Assembly (NCBI GenBank): GCA_033762295.1
Contig: JANRLW010000048.1
Coordinates: 1 to 39,034 of the forward strand
Direction of reading: 5' to 3'
DNA: 39,034 nt
DNA from: Capsulimonadales bacterium
GTDB taxonomy: Bacteria; Armatimonadota; Armatimonadia; Armatimonadales; Armatimonadaceae
Shown here: piece after piece, positions 36,101 through 39,034 of the stretch
Layout of the letters: each line of letters begins with the position of its first letter
Numbering within the stretch: the stretch's first letter is position 1
Notes under the pieces: generated by a model
What the model saw: only the letters and a program-made list of their open reading frames with translations
Told to the model about the DNA's origin: nothing
Databases searched by the model: none
Position numbers and translations under genes: made by a program

Positions 36101-36528
36101 CCGGCAGCGGGATCACCGGAGAGAACGCGCCGCGTCTCGTTCCGCCGGAGCAGAGGCAAAAACTGGTGGCGGCCGTCCGGCATCATCACGAAGCCTGGGA
36201 CGGCACCGGCTATCCGGACGGTATTCGGGGCGAAAACATCCCGATTCTGGCACGTATCCTGGCCGTGGCGGATGCGTTCTCCGCGATGACGACCGATCGC
36301 CCCTACCGGCGCGGCGCGGACCGGGACAAAGCGATGGCCGTTCTCCGACAAGGCGCGGGCACGCAGTGGGACCCGGAGTGCGTCGCCGCATTCATGGAGG
36401 TTGCCCAGGCCTCCTTCTCCTCGGATATTACACCGGTTCTGGCGGCATTCGAGGCATTGACGGCGACTCACCAGGCAGAACCAAGGAAAACTAACCGGAG
36501 GAAAGCGGAGGGAAACGCCGATGAATAA
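30127..36528 (+). CDS. Multi-PAS diguanylate cyclase / HD-GYP phosphodiesterase
   Basis: About 12 PAS/PAC units (IHPED...DITE-type), DPLTGL, DVDNFKYFND, RPTD-x5-GGDEF, LLHDVGKIG, HHEAWDGTGYPDG and DRPYR. The start may instead be the ATG at 30157. Confidence 0.95.
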   Translation: MTRSEKRQSVMTNVISATGDTGIHGSVASEPGETLPNTDRFPSHERKGPAGSLSSASRSKGSSSTQDSLPFTWEQAFAATGDGLLVIDRHRRILYGNRVAEALYDRPSGGLHGLTFDDLYPPSLMGTDPNPLDLLLEALRRDNGPIIEEFRCPFNRRWYETRVHPVPLPGDSGGLIVIRDIDALRSAQDRFERTVTATRDGIAEIDHLRDRAYFSSRWREMTDSHDLPAEANEAERIAYWWQRIHPEDLPRVQAHHECWRFGNEPFDSITFRLRFLDDDGCPFYRWFIERGYVERDEEGQPVRTTGVLTDITLQKETESLLSFEKARFERAMDAADEGLWESDFTIPTEDGEGVTYRSPAWKTLLGVNDGPPPPDDPYYRKAFVEKLHPEDRPGFARLRHDCIFGGKPFPRIEFRLLQPDGAYRWFVIRGKTHRAADGELLRITGVLADIHDRKQAELDLKAAHARFERAVAATHDGIWEHDFVRGVHYRSPRWKEMADIPDDIPDDFPSLETEEWRTFWQPRIHPEDWEQVETHRRDHIDPHSWVEPTEFRLRHRSGEFRWVRERFRVERDEQGHVLRLVGVIADIHDRKTAELELASRERFLTQVARALPNILYVYDRRNHSSVYVNERLADILGYSEEDLRTTTGGIPELIHPDDLESFHEQSARIDALADNEFAILEFRVRHKYGEYRWIRNRIVPFGRDENGVIVRTVGVAEDITEFKRQESVSREATARFERAIEASRDAVWEMHIRSVTEPSRNTLYRSPQFWKLFGFDSVPEDNIDPVTGRWPEFDGDDVWQSRIHPDDYERLRAYRNGVFDSVIGTTETEYRILRNDGQYRWISSRSRVERAADGTPFYLTGVITDIHDRKEAEQRIRQSEARYRTLVDSVHQGVWRAAPDGRILYCNDTLYAMVRGDADDIGDNETAIRAWSDLVHPEDRPALEDRWRTCRESGAIFEGEFRLATGRADCSYRRCSVRAVPVRDDRSAIREWIGVVQDITERVEAAEALARSEARYRLITEASVDGIFRVSPEGNLLDASSHLLRALGLQEMPEGGFTRSALRAFLHPEEIEDIAREWRQATKAGTRLELQIRIGGERTGYRRWQVRAVPLRNDRREIAEWVGAVSDITERFEAEARLRESETRLKEAQRITQSGHFRQELSLISPGTDPGTAPLHDFWSDEMYRIFERDPAAGPPSRNELDRYFASEDRLRMEQAQERVRRNGMRHMAELPIRTERGIRKWLQIYHRADRDEEGKVIALYGAVVDITAFKAMEESLRQAQQLARRIALAIPDLLYVYDLEGGQTRYANRSIAQLLGFGPEDPELLVYPDAWIGVGDHVSAFLSSRLHPADSAVHLAMRQRLSHLADGEVIEVIVRMRHKDGTWRTLFCREMVFTRHEITGEPREILGVAQDITEKVEAEEQRRESEEKYRNLVDLLSDWVWESDADGRYRYVSGQVTRRLGFRPEEMLGVPIADFAPPSAREIVQLTLGGFAQRKQPFTRVPLEVIDIVGETVYLEISGVPILGADGSFQGYRGVAYDVTQRKQGEDLLRNSEERTRRIIESSPDCMQILDMNGYLLSVNETGRRLLAITDVEGVRGAYWPSFWDGEWRQVAEDAVRRAAIGETRRFLGFTRSLNGDGRWWDVVVTALPDAEGRSEQLLVVSRDISAQKTLEQQKDQLLADAMQRAERDPLTGLFDHQAFHKRLQEEGKRSERDGSPFAVAVLDVDNFKYFNDAFGHLEGDAVLLHITNALRSTCRPTDTIGRLGGDEFAVILAGVTKQDAVRLLESRLRDNAFASRWQPRGYDAPIPLGISFGVAVYPDEATTPLAALSLADERLYRNKKEGQAGLLPHLRAELAETMVGFPMLDSLVTAVDSKDRYTRKHSEDVLIYAVMIGQVLNLSEEDLGLLSPAALLHDVGKIGVSQRILRLPTSLTAEEYEAIKQHAPLGAALVEVLLTHPSHRLPESTEPDVETILESISDRPIPQLPLLELPGSGITGENAPRLVPPEQRQKLVAAVRHHHEAWDGTGYPDGIRGENIPILARILAVADAFSAMTTDRPYRRGADRDKAMAVLRQGAGTQWDPECVAAFMEVAQASFSSDITPVLAAFEALTATHQAEPRKTNRRKAEGNADE

Positions 36529-36911
36529 TGGGAAGCGCTACTCGGCCCGGAGCGAAGAATGCTTGTCTGCTTTCTTCGAAATTATTGAAATACACTTATG
36601 TTGTCAAAATCACTTTTAATCGGTGTTTAGAAGAGTGGACGCACGGGTATACTGGTAGCGATCGTAGATTAGCCGTCGGCCGGACTTTCCCGGAGGGGCA
36701 GGCGATATTTTCGGTCCGTCATCATTTACGGACGCAGATTCGGAATAGGGATGGGTTGCGCGACGTAGCACATTTCTTCCTTATCCCATTGCATTGAAAT
36801 CAAGTCAGCGAAGGTTTTTCAAGACCGGTTCACCGGCCGCCGCTTCGAACGGATGGTGTATGGAGTGGTCGAAGCGACTAAATGAGGAAACCGTTGCGAA
36901 TGGGAAAACAA

Positions 36912-39034
36912 ATGACAAGGAACAATAGCGTTATCGGAACGGAGCTGCAGGGCAAGGGAAACCGCGTATTGCGGTCCGTACGTCGGGTCGCGACGGCGGG
37001 CACGGTCGCGGCGGCGCTTTCGCTGTTGGCCTCGTCCGCCCAGGCACAGTACATCTGGACGGGCCTCGGTGCCGACACGAACTGGACCACCGGTCTGAAC
37101 TGGAACCTCCTCAGCGCGCCGGTCGCCGGTTCCGACGTTCAGTTTCTGGCAGCGGCTCCGAGCATCAACTCCGTGGTCAACGCCAACTTTTCCATTTCCT
37201 CGCTCCTCTTCGGCGCGACGGCTCCCGCTTTCCGCATTCTGTCCTCCGGCGGCTCCTCGCTGACGATCGGCGCGGGCGGCATCACCCATAACGGGTCCGT
37301 CACCCAGCAGATCTTTGCGCCGGTAATCCTGAGCGCGGACCAGACCTGGAATGTTTCCAGCGCCACCGGCACCCTCCAGGTGCTGGGTAACATCAGCGGA
37401 GCGCAGACCATTACCAAGGCGGGTTCCGGCGCTCTGACTCTGGCCGGCACCAACACCTTCTCCGGTCTGAACATCAGCGCCGGCACCGTCAACACCAACG
37501 CGGCGGGGAACAATATCTCCGATACTGCGGCGGTCGACCTGTCCGGCGCGACGGCGATCCTCAACCTGAACCAGGCGGAGACGATCGGCTCTCTCGCCGG
37601 TGTCGCCGGTTCCCAGGTCAATATCAGCTTCCGGACACTGACGGCGGGCGGTAACAACAATACGACCACCTTCGCCGGCGTCCTTGCCGGTTCGGGCGGA
37701 TTCGTCAAGGCAGGTACCGGCACCCTGACGCTCTCCGGGACGAACACCCTGAGCGGTTCCTACACGGTCAACGGCGGAACGCTTCAGTTGGGCGGCAGCG
37801 GCACCAATATCTCCAACGTGGCCGCGCTTATTGTCAACGGCGGCACCTTCGCACTGGGCGCGGCCGGTGAAACGATCGGTTCCCTCGCCGGTACCGGCGG
37901 TACCGTCAGCCTGGGAGGATCGACCCTGACCCTGTCCGGGACAGCCACCACGACCTACGCCGGCGTTATCACCGGCACCGGCGGCCTCACCAAGACCGGA
38001 GGCGGTGTCCTGACCCTGACCGGAGCCAAGACCTACACCGGAGCGACCACCCTTAGCGGCACCGCCGGTCTCGCCATCGGCGACGGCGGCACCACCGGGT
38101 CGCTGACCAGCAATGTCGTGCTGAACGGTTCCGGAACCAGCCTCACCTTCAACCGCTCCGACGCTTCCACCTATGCCAACGTCATCAGCGGAAACGGTGC
38201 CGTCAACAAGAACGGCGCGGGGACGCTTTTCCTGACCGGTACCAACACGAACCTGGGTACGCTCTCGATCAACGCGGGTACCGTGTCCGTCGGTAACGGT
38301 GGCGCGACCGGTGCGATCGCCAACTCCAGCGTCGTCATCGCGGGCGGCGCAAACCTGACCTTCGACCGAACGGGTTCGACGAGCCTTGGCGGCATCATCA
38401 GCGGCGCGGGTTCCGTCACCAAGAATGGAACCGGAACCGTCACGCTTTCCGGAGCCAATACCTTCACCGGCGGGCTTACCGTGAACGCAGGTACTCTCCA
38501 GCTCGGAAACACCGGGGCGAACCTGGCGGATACGGGTGCGGTGGTTGTCGATGGCGGCACGCTGGCTCTGGGATTTGCGAACGAAACGATCGGTTCGCTG
38601 GCCGGTGCCGGCGGTACGGTCTTCACCAACGCACGCATCCTGACCCTGGGCGGAACGAATACCAGCACGGTTTACGCCGGAGCCATCACCGGCACCGGTG
38701 GCATTACCAAGAACGGAACCGGTACCTTTACCCTGACCGGGACCAACACCTACACGGGCGCGACCACCGTCAACGCCGGTTCGGTAATCGTGGGTGACGG
38801 CGGCACTTCGGGCAGTATCGCCGGACCGGTCAGCGTGGCCGGAGGCGCGAACCTGACCTTCAACCGCTCCGACGACCTGACCTACGGAGGCGTGATCAGC
38901 GGCACCGGTTCGGTCACCAAGGACGGCGCGGGCATCCTGACCCTCTCGGGGACCAGCACCTACTCCGGTCCCACCACCGTCAACGCCGGCACCCTCAACG
39001 TCACCGGAGCCGCCGCCAGCACCGACGTCACCGT
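36912..39034 (+). CDS. Large secreted autotransporter-associated beta-strand-repeat (PATR) adhesin-like protein; runs off the 3' end and is absent from the ORF track
   Basis: My translation: MTRNNS...AAALSLLASSAQAQYIWTGLGADTNWTTGLNW..., then repeats such as TKAGSGALTLAGTNTFSG, TKTGGGVLTLTGAKTYTGATT and TKNGTGTFTLTGTNTYTGATTVNAG, plus ETIGSLAG units. Alternative in-frame ATGs at 36882 and 36900. Confidence 0.88.
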   Translation, partial: MTRNNSVIGTELQGKGNRVLRSVRRVATAGTVAAALSLLASSAQAQYIWTGLGADTNWTTGLNWNLLSAPVAGSDVQFLAAAPSINSVVNANFSISSLLFGATAPAFRILSSGGSSLTIGAGGITHNGSVTQQIFAPVILSADQTWNVSSATGTLQVLGNISGAQTITKAGSGALTLAGTNTFSGLNISAGTVNTNAAGNNISDTAAVDLSGATAILNLNQAETIGSLAGVAGSQVNISFRTLTAGGNNNTTTFAGVLAGSGGFVKAGTGTLTLSGTNTLSGSYTVNGGTLQLGGSGTNISNVAALIVNGGTFALGAAGETIGSLAGTGGTVSLGGSTLTLSGTATTTYAGVITGTGGLTKTGGGVLTLTGAKTYTGATTLSGTAGLAIGDGGTTGSLTSNVVLNGSGTSLTFNRSDASTYANVISGNGAVNKNGAGTLFLTGTNTNLGTLSINAGTVSVGNGGATGAIANSSVVIAGGANLTFDRTGSTSLGGIISGAGSVTKNGTGTVTLSGANTFTGGLTVNAGTLQLGNTGANLADTGAVVVDGGTLALGFANETIGSLAGAGGTVFTNARILTLGGTNTSTVYAGAITGTGGITKNGTGTFTLTGTNTYTGATTVNAGSVIVGDGGTSGSIAGPVSVAGGANLTFNRSDDLTYGGVISGTGSVTKDGAGILTLSGTSTYSGPTTVNAGTLNVTGAAASTDVT

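Noticed and set aside
32311..36471. 1386-aa minus-strand ORF (also 29899-32184, 18020-19993, 20050-22293)
   Set aside because: These lie antisense to clearly identifiable genes and have no recognisable domains.
36528..36911. Possible c-di-GMP riboswitch upstream of the adhesin, and the 89-aa ORF at 36528-36797
   Set aside because: No GEMM-type GCAAA/GNRA/receptor pattern is visible by eye, only a short CGCTTCGA/TCGAAGCG pair. The ORF runs through AT-rich promoter-like DNA. An Infernal scan would settle it.
37139..38668. Minus-strand Val/Pro-rich ORFs in the ORF track
   Set aside because: They are antisense translations of the Gly/Thr-rich PATR gene on the + strand.

Overview
GC-rich bacterial chromosomal segment with about 24 protein-coding genes. 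It has no rRNA, tRNA, CRISPR array or recognisable mobile element. A PEP-CTERM protein, a PATR-repeat surface protein, a sortase and several near-leaderless promoters suggest a diderm lineage such as Armatimonadota or Acidobacteriota (inference only). Housekeeping and metabolic genes are mutS, rlmN, araB, a nitronate monooxygenase, an SDR, an MFS transporter, a SulP-STAS-beta-carbonic anhydrase fusion and a GT4 glycosyltransferase. The main candidates for follow-up are: (1) a translationally coupled three-gene operon (4756-8740) encoding a glutaminase-less asparagine-synthetase-like ligase, an archaeosine-RaSEA-like radical SAM enzyme and a flavin-dependent halogenase, probably an uncharacterised biosynthetic or modification pathway; (2) an orphan sigma54 promoter at 27754-27770 facing a gene-free, GGA-rich, hairpin-rich 300-nt tract that resembles a CsrA/RsmA-sponge sRNA; (3) a dedicated sortase with a mucin-like LPNTG substrate in a genome that also uses PEP-CTERM sorting; (4) an effector-less AAA_35/STAND-coiled-coil-WD40 protein, a NYN/PIN RNase, and a 12-PAS GGDEF/HD-GYP protein directly upstream of a large adhesin-like gene.
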